From a phage, in the sequence record NC_102531.1: 64,000 nucleotides of DNA; one strand, given 5' to 3'. The notes under the pieces were generated by a model, which was not told the DNA's origin, did not search any database, and saw only the letters and a list, made by a program, of their open reading frames with translations. This document shows, piece after piece, positions 10,161-20,629 of this stretch. The position numbers were made by a program, and so were the translations under genes. The number at the start of each line of letters is the position of its first letter. The first letter of the stretch is position 1.

Positions 10161-10838
10161 TTAGTGCGGTCCACTTGTCTCGCCATCAGGGCAAGAGTGG
10201 GTATGACCTTTATATTCTGCATAGAATGAATCCAAATCCACACCAGCAGCAGTTATAATTCTACCAGATGGGTCTATTGTGGCACCATTCATTCTGATAT
10301 TTCCATCCACAGCAGCTCGCAAATTGGCAGCACCGTTAGTGAAAGAAAACTCCCCGCTGCTGTCGCACCGTAATGTCCCACCCGGTGTTTGAAGCTCAAA
10401 ATCTCCAGAAGGTGTCAGTTTAAAATAGACCTTATCATTCCATAACTCTACGTTATCAGGATCGATCTGTAAAGCGTTTGAGTCTGAATGAACAGAGGTT
10501 ATTGCCCACCCAGGAAACAGGCCGTGAGTTTGTTGATCGTCGTTATTGTTTTCATTTCTCTCTGAAAACTGCAATCCTACAACATCACCAGCTTTAATAG
10601 GAAGTGTTAACCTTGCCTTTCCACTGTTTGCAGACATCACCTGAATTGGAACGTCATAGATAAGAGGGTATCTCTCCACATCTCCGTCATCAAACGTGGT
10701 TTCAGCTATTGGCTGCACGGCTGCAGAAGGGATACTGTAGTCTACACTGACAACTCTGGCCCTGATACTGGTGTGGTAGTCCCTCATTATTTTTTCTATA
10801 AAGGATCTTACAGCAGCATCTTTCCTATTTATTGCCAT
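10161..10838 (-). CDS. baseplate spike-like protein (hypothetical)
   Basis: 225 aa; position between tape measure and fibres; C-terminal GHTHSCPDGETSGPH reminiscent of baseplate spike tips; weak. Confidence 0.3.
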   Translation of the reverse strand: MAINRKDAAVRSFIEKIMRDYHTSIRARVVSVDYSIPSAAVQPIAETTFDDGDVERYPLIYDVPIQVMSANSGKARLTLPIKAGDVVGLQFSERNENNNDDQQTHGLFPGWAITSVHSDSNALQIDPDNVELWNDKVYFKLTPSGDFELQTPGGTLRCDSSGEFSFTNGAANLRAAVDGNIRMNGATIDPSGRIITAAGVDLDSFYAEYKGHTHSCPDGETSGPH

Positions 10839-11842
10839 TATACCTCCTCAGTTTTGTCAACAACCCCACCGACTGTTTCCCCAAGGCCAAGCTCTGTGAT
10901 GTAATCACCTCCTTCTATGGTTCCTTTATGATGCACCGTGATCACCTTATAGAAGCCTGTATATTGCTTGCTTTTAAGATAAATAGTGGACTCTGGGAGG
11001 ATAGCTCCGTTAAGGCATGTGGTTACAGTAAGGCCAACATCCTCTCTCGGGTTTTTCTTTTTCTTTTTAGATGTCGAACCACCTTTGGCAGCAGCTTTAG
11101 CTTTTCGTTTTTTAGCAGGTTCTGGATTTTTAGGGGTAGGAGATCCGTGCATCCCAGACTCTGCACTTATTTCAAACACAGAGTCTTTGAACCTTTTTCC
11201 AACCTTGGTCCAATACAAAGCCCCATCCTGAACGCTAAATGTGGAGTTGGTCAGCCTTGCAAACCTGCGGAGGTTCTCTGCAGTGTTTCCAGAGAAAGCC
11301 ATAGAGTATTGCAAAGTCTGGTTTCCAAAACCAACAACCCTACCTTTTGGCAAGTTCATATCCTTCAGCAGGTCATTAAGCACAGAGTTCAGAGGTGTGC
11401 CTTTCTGATAAGATCTTGTGCTTTGGCACTTAATGATGTTCTCAGTGCCATCCCCGAAGATGAACTTAGTTTTTCTGGTCGGACCTTCCCATCTGTCTTC
11501 AACAAACTCCACAGTTCCGGAGAATATTAACTGGTTCTCATTATCATAGCCAGCTTCAAACATAACTGCAAGGGCATCAGCCTGATGCATATCCAAATAG
11601 TTAACTGTATCGTCAGACAGGTTGTAAACTGTCACATAACCTTTGTTTGGCTCTTTGGTATTGTCCTTTTGTATGTCAAACTCTATATTGGCAGCACCAG
11701 TGTCCGAGCTAACTTCATAAACTCCGGAATCACTCTCCCCTTTCTTTTCAACAGATTTTGGGATATTGGTTTTTGATTTACCGCCATGTTCTACAGGACG
11801 ACCAAACAATAATCGCCATGTTCTACGTCTGTACTCTGCCAT
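10838..11842 (-). CDS. baseplate/tail protein (hypothetical) with basic low-complexity tail
   Basis: 334 aa; KKRKAKAAAKGGSTSKKKKK stretch; gene order. Confidence 0.3.
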   Translation of the reverse strand: MAEYRRRTWRLLFGRPVEHGGKSKTNIPKSVEKKGESDSGVYEVSSDTGAANIEFDIQKDNTKEPNKGYVTVYNLSDDTVNYLDMHQADALAVMFEAGYDNENQLIFSGTVEFVEDRWEGPTRKTKFIFGDGTENIIKCQSTRSYQKGTPLNSVLNDLLKDMNLPKGRVVGFGNQTLQYSMAFSGNTAENLRRFARLTNSTFSVQDGALYWTKVGKRFKDSVFEISAESGMHGSPTPKNPEPAKKRKAKAAAKGGSTSKKKKKNPREDVGLTVTTCLNGAILPESTIYLKSKQYTGFYKVITVHHKGTIEGGDYITELGLGETVGGVVDKTEEV

Positions 11843-12222
11843 TATTCTAACCCTTGCTGTTCCTTGTAAAGATCAACCGGGGTGCCGTATACAAGTTGTA
11901 GCTCAGATCTCGCCCCAAGGTTATATCTTCCAACCCTGCCCCAATATTGATCGTCTTTAAACGACAGCGCCATCAGTCTACCTTTCGGTAAATCATCTCG
12001 GTAATGCAGTCCGTCTAAAATATCTTGACAAGCTGTTACTTTTCTGGTTACTAAAGGGCTGTCACCTACTGGACCAAGAGATAACCACCAGGACTCATCC
12101 CTCTCATTCCATTGCATACGCATTTCATACGTTTCATTGTCTAAAACAACACGCATGGTTTGATCAGGAAAGCCGTCAATGTCCCACACAAAGGTAATTA
12201 TGCACCAATCTTTAAGCTCCAT
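11842..12222 (-). CDS. hypothetical tail protein
   Basis: 126 aa ORF, start/stop overlap with neighbours. Confidence 0.3.
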   Translation of the reverse strand: MELKDWCIITFVWDIDGFPDQTMRVVLDNETYEMRMQWNERDESWWLSLGPVGDSPLVTRKVTACQDILDGLHYRDDLPKGRLMALSFKDDQYWGRVGRYNLGARSELQLVYGTPVDLYKEQQGLE

Positions 12223-12234
12223 TATACGCTCTCC

Positions 12235-13146
12235 TTATTTCCCGTTAACTTTGTTGTAGTTTCCCTGCTCAGAGGGGACTATGGTAGAAGGTCTTCCATA
12301 TTCCTGATAATACCAATCCGCAGCCGATTTGGTAACACCGTTTTCATCTGTCCACATCATAGATTTGTATGGCTGCCACTCCTCTGCAGCGTTTGTGGAT
12401 GCAGTGTCTGCGAATGCTCCTGTGTCCCTCTTGTTACCCACGTTACTGCCATTCTTACAGTCGTTGACAGCACCTTTTTGCTGGGTTTTGCCTACTTTCT
12501 TAGGATTGCTGTATACAGTTGCATTAACAACCTTATTCAAGTAGAATGTGCGGAACTCTGTAAGCTCTACATCAAACACCATTGCAGCGCCTTCACCAAC
12601 AGACTTGTTGGCAGAAAGACTGGTTATGATGTAGTTCTCAAGAAGTCTCTCCTCGGTAACCAAAGAAACCAACTGTCGCTTATTGATAATCTCAGTCAAA
12701 GCCTCCAATGCAGCGCCTGGTCGCATAGATGCTGCAGGGTTTTTAGAGTCAGTATTCCTATCAATGTAGTTTTGCTCATAAATTATGTGTGGAGATGTAT
12801 TTACCCTACCAGTAAAAGAAAATACACCATCTTTAATTACAGCGTGGTCTGACAGGGTAGATTTATCTTCCACCGCAAACCCAGTCTTATCAACAGAATG
12901 TTTGAAAGAGTAATTCTCAACCTGATCGAAGATAATGGCAAGATCGTTAGTAAAGTTTTTACCCTTCATCTCCGTATTGCGACCGCCATAGTTAAGACCG
13001 CTGACAAACATAGTGTACTTTACATCGCTTTCAGTTTGCTGCTCTGCCTTTTCAGCCTTTGGAGATTTAACCTCTTGAGGCTTGTACAGGTCTTTTTCAT
13101 CAACTATATTGCTTGGCATAACCTCTCCAGGACACTCCGATACCAT
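12235..13146 (-). CDS. hypothetical tail protein
   Basis: 303 aa ORF directly downstream of tape measure gene. Confidence 0.3.
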   Translation of the reverse strand: MVSECPGEVMPSNIVDEKDLYKPQEVKSPKAEKAEQQTESDVKYTMFVSGLNYGGRNTEMKGKNFTNDLAIIFDQVENYSFKHSVDKTGFAVEDKSTLSDHAVIKDGVFSFTGRVNTSPHIIYEQNYIDRNTDSKNPAASMRPGAALEALTEIINKRQLVSLVTEERLLENYIITSLSANKSVGEGAAMVFDVELTEFRTFYLNKVVNATVYSNPKKVGKTQQKGAVNDCKNGSNVGNKRDTGAFADTASTNAAEEWQPYKSMMWTDENGVTKSAADWYYQEYGRPSTIVPSEQGNYNKVNGK

Positions 13147-13184
13147 CTAGATATTGTATCATAAAATAGCCGTTTTTACAACAC

Positions 13185-13214
13185 CGATAAAATAAAGGGG
13201 GGCCGGAGCCCCCC
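13185..13214 (-). terminator. rho-independent terminator (minus strand)
   Basis: Hairpin GGGGGGCTCCGGCCCCCC followed by TTTATTTTAT on minus strand, just after tape measure stop. Confidence 0.55.
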
Positions 13215-13225
13215 TGCACAGTTTA

Positions 13226-15562
13226 TTACCAAAGGTCGGTAGACATGAAGTTGATATCTTTATTGTTCTCCCACTCAAGTTTTGCATCAAATATTTTGTT
13301 AAACTCACCCTCATCTATTGAAATCGTGATTTTCCCATCACTGATCTCTAAAGGTAGCATTTCCATAGTTCTTAATTGAGAAGCAAAACCAGGTCCACCC
13401 GGCAACGGAAGAGTCCCGCCCGGTAAGGTGTCCAAAGGATTAACAAGCCCGTTACCTCCCGATATGATATCTTTGCGAATCATATCGCTGATAGTATCCA
13501 GCTGCTGATTTCTTTCACTTAGTGGGTTGTAACGGTCATTAAATAATTCCCCGGCGCTTAGTATTGTACCGATAATGCCCAGCTTACCGAGCAGACCAAC
13601 TTTGCCACCAGGTGTCTTGAGGCCACCTCCACCTTTTCCTGCCGGAGCTCCACCACCAGATCCTTCTGTAGTAGCGGCACCCGCTGCTCCAGCTGCACCC
13701 CTTAGAAAGTTAAGGAATTTAAAGGTTTTTACAAGCATAGATGCCATGACAAAACCTTTTGTTAGGGCGTTGACGACCAGCATGATGGCAGCAGCAAACC
13801 CTGCCCATTTAGCGTAGCTAAAGGTGTCATGAAGCTCTTCAGAATATTCCTTCGTCTTGGCTGTTATGAACCCCCATTTAATCCCCCATTCAAGGAAAAA
13901 CATGCGGATCTTGACTATAGTGTTGTTTAGTTCACCAACTACCCAGTTAAGGCCTCTCACAAACCCGCTAACAAAATCACCAGAGGCATCCCACACAAAT
14001 TGCAGAGTCTCACCAGTGCGGATTAGTGTATAATAGAACTCTGTTAGTTCGTCAGACCAACGGGTGAACAGTTTCTGACGAGTCAGTTCGATAAAGGTTT
14101 TCAGTCTGTTTTCTGCCAGCACGTTAGACTTCTGCATTCTTTCATAACCAGCTGCAGATGCCTCGTTCATGTACTTAGCCACATACTTCATGATCTTGGC
14201 TGTTTTAACCTCGCCTTTCTTCATCATATCCATGAACTGATCCATGGAGAGTTCAGAAAGACCAAAAGCCTCTTTGGTGGCCTTGATAAAAGGTTCGTAT
14301 GCACCAGGCAATGCTTCAGCAAGCTGTTGCTTCAGTTCCTCGGACATTACTTGTCCCTTGCCAAGCATCTGTTGGATTGCCATAATACCGCGCTGGTATT
14401 TTACCTCATCGGCACCATAAGCAGCAGCATACTGGGAGTATGCAGAAAACAGCTCATGCACTTCCTGATTTGTCATCTGGTTTTTGGCGTTTACCGACAT
14501 CTGGGCGTAACCTTGAAGACCAGATTTGAGATCAAAACCAAGACGCATAGCCTCTTGCTGGACAAACGCAACCTCACTGTTGGCTTTGTTTGGATCTCCA
14601 GTAACAGCAGTAAGAGCAGCACTTGCCCCCTCCATCATGTGACCGGATCTGTTAACCGCAGCAAATCCAGAAAAAGCTGTATACGCAGCTGTTGCATTAA
14701 TAACAGATCTACGTAAGTCTCTCATGGCATCGCCTAGTGTAAGCGTTTGGCTGGTGGCGCTTTTAAACCCAGACTGCAGCGCTGACAGGTGGGCGTTAAA
14801 GGTTGACTTCTTCATCTCCCCGCGAGCAAACCTGGACTCTAACTCTGAGTATCCTGGCAAGCTTCCACGGAATCCGGCCCCATACTTGGCAGAAAGTCTT
14901 ATCGCGGAGTTGTAGAGGTGGGTTCTCCTTGCCTCACGATCCGACATAAGCCTATTATCCATACCAGCTTTACTGTCTCTTCTTAGCTGTCTATGATAAC
15001 GATTCATAGCGGCTGTCTGAGCTTTCACAAGGTTAGGGTCGGAAGCCACACCACCCATATTAGGGTTACCGGGGATATATTTGAAAGATTTGGCATTAGC
15101 CAAAACTCTTGCCTTAGGTGCCTTATAACCACCGTAAGACACTGGTGCAGATTTGGCAGCCTTTTTGGCCTCTTTAGCTTGCTGCTGGTAGAACTTACGC
15201 ATCCTAGCCATTTCTGGATTTTTAGCGGTAAGATTACCTACAGCTTGTTTACGTCTCGCATTCTCCCTACGTTCTATTGCAGCCCTTACTGCAGCCTCTT
15301 TCTTGGCCTGTGCTACGCTCTCTCTGTGCAGTTTAGCATTTGCCTGAGATTGCTGTCTGGCAACCCTCTGCATTGTCTGCTGGGTTTTAACAGCTACCGC
15401 CTGCCATCTACTCATGGGGTTGGCTGAGTTAAAATCCTCGCCCAGTTTCCTGAACTCCCTCCCAATACTGCGAATTTTCTCTACAGCTTTTTTGTAGGAG
15501 GAGTTCTCTATCTCAAAGCCAATCTTGTTGACTGTTGTGGCAACTATTTTGTTTGTAGCCAT
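13226..15562 (-). CDS. tail tape measure protein
   Basis: 778 aa, Ala/Gln/Lys-rich helical composition, C-terminal Gly-rich block (GAAGAAGAATTEGSGGGAPAGKGGGG), located after two small chaperone-size ORFs. Confidence 0.55.
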   Translation of the reverse strand: MATNKIVATTVNKIGFEIENSSYKKAVEKIRSIGREFRKLGEDFNSANPMSRWQAVAVKTQQTMQRVARQQSQANAKLHRESVAQAKKEAAVRAAIERRENARRKQAVGNLTAKNPEMARMRKFYQQQAKEAKKAAKSAPVSYGGYKAPKARVLANAKSFKYIPGNPNMGGVASDPNLVKAQTAAMNRYHRQLRRDSKAGMDNRLMSDREARRTHLYNSAIRLSAKYGAGFRGSLPGYSELESRFARGEMKKSTFNAHLSALQSGFKSATSQTLTLGDAMRDLRRSVINATAAYTAFSGFAAVNRSGHMMEGASAALTAVTGDPNKANSEVAFVQQEAMRLGFDLKSGLQGYAQMSVNAKNQMTNQEVHELFSAYSQYAAAYGADEVKYQRGIMAIQQMLGKGQVMSEELKQQLAEALPGAYEPFIKATKEAFGLSELSMDQFMDMMKKGEVKTAKIMKYVAKYMNEASAAGYERMQKSNVLAENRLKTFIELTRQKLFTRWSDELTEFYYTLIRTGETLQFVWDASGDFVSGFVRGLNWVVGELNNTIVKIRMFFLEWGIKWGFITAKTKEYSEELHDTFSYAKWAGFAAAIMLVVNALTKGFVMASMLVKTFKFLNFLRGAAGAAGAATTEGSGGGAPAGKGGGGLKTPGGKVGLLGKLGIIGTILSAGELFNDRYNPLSERNQQLDTISDMIRKDIISGGNGLVNPLDTLPGGTLPLPGGPGFASQLRTMEMLPLEISDGKITISIDEGEFNKIFDAKLEWENNKDINFMSTDLW

Positions 15563-15570
15563 GGTTTCCT

Positions 15571-15611
15571 CATAATAAAAAGGGCCAGATCCCAGAAAAG
15601 GAATCCGGCCC
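15571..15611 (-). terminator. rho-independent terminator (minus strand)
   Basis: Imperfect hairpin GGGCCGGATTCC...GGGATCTGGCCC followed by TTTTTATTAT on minus strand. Confidence 0.45.
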
Positions 15612-15616
15612 TTAGA

Positions 15617-15865
15617 TTATCCTCTCCTGCGCTTAGCTTTCGCAGCAGCTGCGGCAGCCTTCTGCTCCCGCTCCATTTCCCTGTTTTGGACGGTATCTAG
15701 GAATTCTTCGATATCAAGATACTCACAGAGCTTCAGGAAATACGCCATATCTGCAAGATTTAGCGATTCAAAATTTTCCCCTTTGAAATTCTTGAGCACC
15801 CTGCACCAAAGAAAGTCGAACCAGTTGAGTGAACTGTTCTTGGCTGCCCACTCACTGGCCCTCAC
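15617..15865 (-). CDS. putative tail assembly chaperone
   Basis: 82 aa ORF immediately upstream of tape measure gene; positional inference. Confidence 0.3.
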   Translation of the reverse strand: MRASEWAAKNSSLNWFDFLWCRVLKNFKGENFESLNLADMAYFLKLCEYLDIEEFLDTVQNREMEREQKAAAAAAKAKRRRG

Positions 15866-15876
15866 AACAACCTTGC

Positions 15877-16350
15877 TTATTCCTGCTCTTCCGGAGTCTG
15901 ATCCAGGTTGTTCACCTGCTGAATCATACCCATCTGCTGTAACATCTCCAGAAGGCTTCCTAAACCGTCTTGTGTGAAAAAACAGCCGTAGTTAACCTCC
16001 AGAACCTTACCTGCCAGCTTAATCATCCCCAGCAGATGCCCTGCAAACACAACATCCGGGTTAAGCTTATCCACACCATCTACGGTAATATCTTCGAACA
16101 AGATTTTAAATAGCTCTTCAATAGAGTTATCATCAAGTTCTTGGAACAGGTAAGCCAGAGCTGTAGGAAGGACCTCTGCCATGTTCTGACCGCCTGAGAT
16201 AATAGATCCACCGATAGCACCTAGCGGGACAGCCACAATCTTACCGATTTTAGGCATGTTTTTCATTGCTTTCATCGGTCCCCAGTGGGTGATCACAAAG
16301 TTGTGCCCTGCTAAATCAATCTCTGTTGTAGGTCTAAAGTTTATAGCCAT
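15877..16350 (-). CDS. putative tail assembly chaperone
   Basis: 157 aa ORF between tube-size and tape measure genes. Confidence 0.3.
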   Translation of the reverse strand: MAINFRPTTEIDLAGHNFVITHWGPMKAMKNMPKIGKIVAVPLGAIGGSIISGGQNMAEVLPTALAYLFQELDDNSIEELFKILFEDITVDGVDKLNPDVVFAGHLLGMIKLAGKVLEVNYGCFFTQDGLGSLLEMLQQMGMIQQVNNLDQTPEEQE

Positions 16351-16461
16351 TTTATAGCATCCTTATTAGTCATGTTGTGCACCATATTTGTGTATTTTAC
16401 CATGATTATGGTGCATTGTCAATTTAACCTTTCAAGCAATTCAAGAACGTGTGTCAAAACC

Positions 16462-16494
16462 ATAAAAGCAAAAAGCCCCACCCGAAGGTGAGGC
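16462..16494 (-). terminator. rho-independent terminator (minus strand)
   Basis: Hairpin GCCTCACC-TTCG-GGTGGGGC followed by TTTTTGCTTTT on minus strand, after the 16513..16986 gene. Confidence 0.5.
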
Positions 16495-16512
16495 TTATGC
16501 TAAAGTGTGCCC

Positions 16513-16986
16513 TTAGATAATACCTGCAAGACCTGCGAGGCCAGTAAGAGCACCAGTGATGTTATCACGGTTGAGCCATGCATCCAGAATACCGATATCC
16601 CAGTCCAGCTGACCTACTTCGGTTCCGTAAGTCAGGTCAGGCTGTTTCTGGATCCAACCAATTGTGGAAATACCAGGGCCCTGGCTACCTTCCAGCAGAA
16701 CCGGGAAGAATACCAGGCCAGTAATCGATGCCTGTTTCTGCCAGTCAGAAAGGTAAGCGTTCCATACAGAAGTGTTCTGCAAAGATACAGTCATAACACC
16801 AGATTGGTTACGAGACAGGGCAGCAGACATTTCGCCATCCACACCAACGTGAGGGTAGATGTTGTCTTCGTTTCTTGAAACAACGATCTTGGTGTCAGCA
16901 GCGAAGCCAGTGACACGCTGCTGCATCAGATACAGTTTGACCTTTTTAGGGTCATACGCATAAGGAGTTAAAATTTGAGTTTCCAT
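16513..16986 (-). CDS. putative tail tube protein
   Basis: 157 aa ORF directly downstream of a 458 aa gene, followed by a terminator; sheath-tube-chaperone-tape measure order. Confidence 0.35.
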   Translation of the reverse strand: METQILTPYAYDPKKVKLYLMQQRVTGFAADTKIVVSRNEDNIYPHVGVDGEMSAALSRNQSGVMTVSLQNTSVWNAYLSDWQKQASITGLVFFPVLLEGSQGPGISTIGWIQKQPDLTYGTEVGQLDWDIGILDAWLNRDNITGALTGLAGLAGII

Positions 16987-16996
16987 CTAGTCTTCC

Positions 16997-18373
16997 TTAT
17001 TCAGTCATTGCAACAGCATTGGTGGATTTAGAACCAACTTTGTCCAGAAGAACGTTGATCCGGATACGAACGAAGTGCAGGGCGTTGTTATACACCAGTT
17101 CTACTTTCACACCTTCCAGAACACGAGCAGCCAACTGATTGGTTGGGATTTCTGCACGTTTAGGAACTGTGATGATCGGGTCGTAGAATACATTATTGTC
17201 TTCGTCGAAACCTGTCAGGATCGCACCATTCTTAATGCCAGTGTTGATTGGGTTGTTCATCAGGACAGACTTGATAACCGGAAGATCATCATCAGACATC
17301 TTCATGCTTAAACCCATGTTGGAGCGACGATGCATGTACCCAAACATAGATTCTTCAGATCTGAACTTGATCCAGTGTGCAAAACGAATAGCGTCTGCAT
17401 ACTGACCTGAAGCACACTTACCTTCCCAGAAAGCGCCAACACCGTTAATCATTCTGTAGAAGTTAACGTGGTTTTCCCAAATAGCCATACGCTGAGTTAA
17501 AGTCAGAGACGGTGCAATCACACCTGGCATCTGTTTTAAGTGCAAGCTGTCGCCGTAAGACGGATCGTTGGATGCCATAGCACCTATGATACCACCCTCC
17601 GGGAAGTCCTTATCTGCACGAGGATCGTACATGCCGACACTGTCATATTGTGCAGCTTTCAGTTTGGTGGCGATGTTATTATCTTTACCAGTCACATCTT
17701 CTGCAGTAGAGTAGACATGCAGCTTGTAGTTAGCCTGAGCCCACTTAGCACATGCTTCGATGTCGGTGTGGTCTTCATGGCACAGGAAGTACCAATTGTC
17801 ACGCTCAGCATTGATCTTATCAACTACTGTAGAAGGTTTTTCAGCATTGGCGATATTTTTGATTGTATAGTTACCAGTATGATAACCAACGGTACAGTCA
17901 CCAGTGATGGTGAGAACACCTTCAGCAGCCTCTACAGTGATATCGTTCAAGCTGTCATCTGCTTCAATTTTAGTCTTCATTGACTCTGCAATCTGAGTTG
18001 CACCTGTTCCACCAGAGATAGGCACTATCAAAGAAGTATTGTAGCTACCTTTTGCAATAGTCATTACGACATCGGTATCAGCTGCGGCAGCAATACCTTT
18101 AAAATCTACAGTGGTCTTTTCTTTGGCCTGTCTGCCGATCATAACGTATTGTGGAGGGAATACACCACCAAAAGCTTTTGCTGCAAACTCATACGCTGCA
18201 GAGCCTTGTGCGAAACCATCTTCCACCATCTGATCCAGCTCTGCATATACGCGAGCTCGCTCAGTAAAGTTGTTGTGGATAGCGATGAACAGGGGAGTTT
18301 CGAAACCTACAGTGTCAATAGGCTGGGTTCCGAGGTTAACTGTAACATCTACCACTTTATCTAAATATGGCAT
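16997..18373 (-). CDS. putative tail sheath (or major tail) protein
   Basis: 458 aa; position and size only. Confidence 0.35.
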   Translation of the reverse strand: MPYLDKVVDVTVNLGTQPIDTVGFETPLFIAIHNNFTERARVYAELDQMVEDGFAQGSAAYEFAAKAFGGVFPPQYVMIGRQAKEKTTVDFKGIAAAADTDVVMTIAKGSYNTSLIVPISGGTGATQIAESMKTKIEADDSLNDITVEAAEGVLTITGDCTVGYHTGNYTIKNIANAEKPSTVVDKINAERDNWYFLCHEDHTDIEACAKWAQANYKLHVYSTAEDVTGKDNNIATKLKAAQYDSVGMYDPRADKDFPEGGIIGAMASNDPSYGDSLHLKQMPGVIAPSLTLTQRMAIWENHVNFYRMINGVGAFWEGKCASGQYADAIRFAHWIKFRSEESMFGYMHRRSNMGLSMKMSDDDLPVIKSVLMNNPINTGIKNGAILTGFDEDNNVFYDPIITVPKRAEIPTNQLAARVLEGVKVELVYNNALHFVRIRINVLLDKVGSKSTNAVAMTE

Positions 18374-18445
18374 TTGTTTCCTCTTAATATCTGTGCACGG
18401 ATATCAAACACGCAGTGTAATCATTACACTACACAATTATAACGA

Positions 18446-18997
18446 TTACTGACCACTGTCTGTAACCGCTTTACCAGAATTGGGTGAAGGGAAGTGTGTG
18501 GTTATTTCAGCCTTAATTCCCTCAAGATCCTCAAAAGCCCCAATGTCTGTTTCAACAAACCTTACGTTAAATGTCAGCATCACAGTGGCTCTATTTTCAT
18601 ACGTCTGCTTATTCAACGGCACTCTTTGAGGTGAGATTGTTGAATTGTTAGAGTAGGCAAAGCACGATCCCAGAGGGAAATACTTGTCATAAAACATTGG
18701 AAGGTTTATTGCTTGCAATACTCTGCTAAGTGCAGCATATGCCCTGCCACGATAAGCTGTTAGCAGATAGGTAACAGTGTAGCTGTGGGTGACGTAAGCA
18801 TTACCCTCCGCATCTTGAAACTCATTATCTTCCCAAGTGGTGGGATTGATCGCCAAGGTTTGTAAGAGTACAAACTCACCTTCCGGCTTCGGTATGGTAG
18901 AGCTTTCTGCCAGAACTACAGTTCTTCCTGTGGCAACCTTGACAAGCTTAGCAATGGCTGTTTCAAGATCAGAAAAAACTTTTTCGAAAGCTTCCAT
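18446..18997 (-). CDS. hypothetical head-tail joining protein
   Basis: 183 aa ORF between capsid and tail modules. Confidence 0.3.
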   Translation of the reverse strand: MEAFEKVFSDLETAIAKLVKVATGRTVVLAESSTIPKPEGEFVLLQTLAINPTTWEDNEFQDAEGNAYVTHSYTVTYLLTAYRGRAYAALSRVLQAINLPMFYDKYFPLGSCFAYSNNSTISPQRVPLNKQTYENRATVMLTFNVRFVETDIGAFEDLEGIKAEITTHFPSPNSGKAVTDSGQ

Positions 18998-19422
18998 CAG
19001 TTTTCTCCTTCAGGCTCTTCTACCACAAAAAATCTATATCTCCCACCACCAGAGGTAACATATGCATCGCATTTTAAAACGGTAAACCATTTCAAGTCAC
19101 CACGGATGTTAGGAAGTTGAATTTGATCAGCCATTGCATATGTTCCTTCATCCGGACTATACAACTTGGTTGAGGAGTAAACTGTAAAAGCCTCGTACTG
19201 TCTGTCACCTTCAGGGTTTATTTGAGAGGAGTAATCTTTGGCTGCCCTTCCTGTCAACGGCTGCACAACACACTCTAAGACATCAAACTCTTCATACTCA
19301 AGTTCTAACCCCTCGTTGGCAAAAGGGCCACCAACTGTTTTGTTATACACTCTGTGGCGACCTTTGAATGTTTTACGAGGTATTAGTCTGTTCTTTCCTA
19401 TCAGCTTATAACCTGCTGCCAC
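18997..19422 (-). CDS. hypothetical head-tail joining protein
   Basis: 141 aa ORF, overlapping start/stop with neighbour. Confidence 0.3.
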   Translation of the reverse strand: MAAGYKLIGKNRLIPRKTFKGRHRVYNKTVGGPFANEGLELEYEEFDVLECVVQPLTGRAAKDYSSQINPEGDRQYEAFTVYSSTKLYSPDEGTYAMADQIQLPNIRGDLKWFTVLKCDAYVTSGGGRYRFFVVEEPEGEN

Positions 19423-19437
19423 TCAACCCCCTTATTT

Positions 19438-19908
19438 TTACTGTCCGATTTTAAAGGTTGCAGATTCAAGCAGCACATCGTAATGCCGCATAGCCTCGTT
19501 GAAGCCTTTCTCTTGTGCCCACTGCTCGCTAACAGTAGGATTACTAAACTGCCCAGCCTCAATAACAAACTGGATAGCTTTGGCCCCTGTGTCCCCCATC
19601 TGCTTAAGAATAGCCTCTGCACTTGATCCTCTAGCCATAGCTCTCAACAATTTTTCTGTCAAGGTCTGTAATTGAGTGCTGTGAAATGCAAAGGCTGTCT
19701 CCATGAAATTGCGAACAGGCAGCCCGTTCCAACCGAAGTTGTGAATGGCTGCCAATGTTGCCATATTTAAGCCTGACGGGTGAGGTTCGTCATAAAAGCC
19801 GTAGGTTATTGTTTTACTTTCAAGTCTCACAAGTTCTTTGTAGAAGCGATCTAAACGCTTTAGGTTGAACCTTGTTTGACATTTAACCTTTAGCATTATA
19901 TCCCTCAC
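19438..19908 (-). CDS. hypothetical head completion protein
   Basis: 156 aa ORF. Confidence 0.3.
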   Translation of the reverse strand: MRDIMLKVKCQTRFNLKRLDRFYKELVRLESKTITYGFYDEPHPSGLNMATLAAIHNFGWNGLPVRNFMETAFAFHSTQLQTLTEKLLRAMARGSSAEAILKQMGDTGAKAIQFVIEAGQFSNPTVSEQWAQEKGFNEAMRHYDVLLESATFKIGQ

Positions 19909-19949
19909 TAATGTATTTTACCACAAAGATACATCAAAAGCAACAATTT

Positions 19950-20627
19950 TTAAAAACTGCGTTTGCGTCTTGGGTGTCGAGGAGGTTGGTTATTTAGACC
20001 ACTGATAGGTGTAATCCCCTGGACATCGAACGGTCCGTTGCTGTTTTCATTAAATTTAACCCGAATTCCTTCGTCTACACGAACACCACCAATGATAATC
20101 ATTCTGCTGTAAGCATCTAGCTCAGAATCTACATAGTCTGGGTGTGCCAGCAGCCAATCAAGGAAATCCTTCCATTGGGCGTAGGAAGATCCACCACGAA
20201 TCTCTATGGTCTCATCACCTATTTTTTCCAGACGGGAAGTTATACTTGCATTACCACTGGACACTTCCTGCATCATCAGCCACCGCACAAGCTGCACAAG
20301 CACATTGTACTTAAGCAGAGGTAGCTTATCAGGGTCTGCTGGATAATTTAGTTTCAGCTTCTCCATGTCAAGGAATGTTTTAATTACCTCGTCAGGGAGG
20401 GTTTCCTCATCAACATTGCCAAGCAACAACCTCATAATATTAATAAGGGGTTGGTCTGGATCAGGTTCCGGAGGTACAGGGTCTTCTTTTGGTGGTTCTT
20501 CTGGGGTATCAACTACACCATCATGGTTAGGCGGGGACTGGATAATCTCTTCATCTTCATACCATGCCATTTGAAAATACCTCGTAAAAATAAAGCCCCA
20601 TTCCTGATTTGGAAGGGGCCTTAACAA
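19950..20627 (-). CDS. hypothetical structural protein with Pro/Glu-rich segment
   Basis: 225 aa; PEEPPKEDPVPPEPDPDQP stretch. Confidence 0.3.
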   Translation of the reverse strand: MLRPLPNQEWGFIFTRYFQMAWYEDEEIIQSPPNHDGVVDTPEEPPKEDPVPPEPDPDQPLINIMRLLLGNVDEETLPDEVIKTFLDMEKLKLNYPADPDKLPLLKYNVLVQLVRWLMMQEVSSGNASITSRLEKIGDETIEIRGGSSYAQWKDFLDWLLAHPDYVDSELDAYSRMIIIGGVRVDEGIRVKFNENSNGPFDVQGITPISGLNNQPPRHPRRKRSF

Positions 20628-20629
20628 AA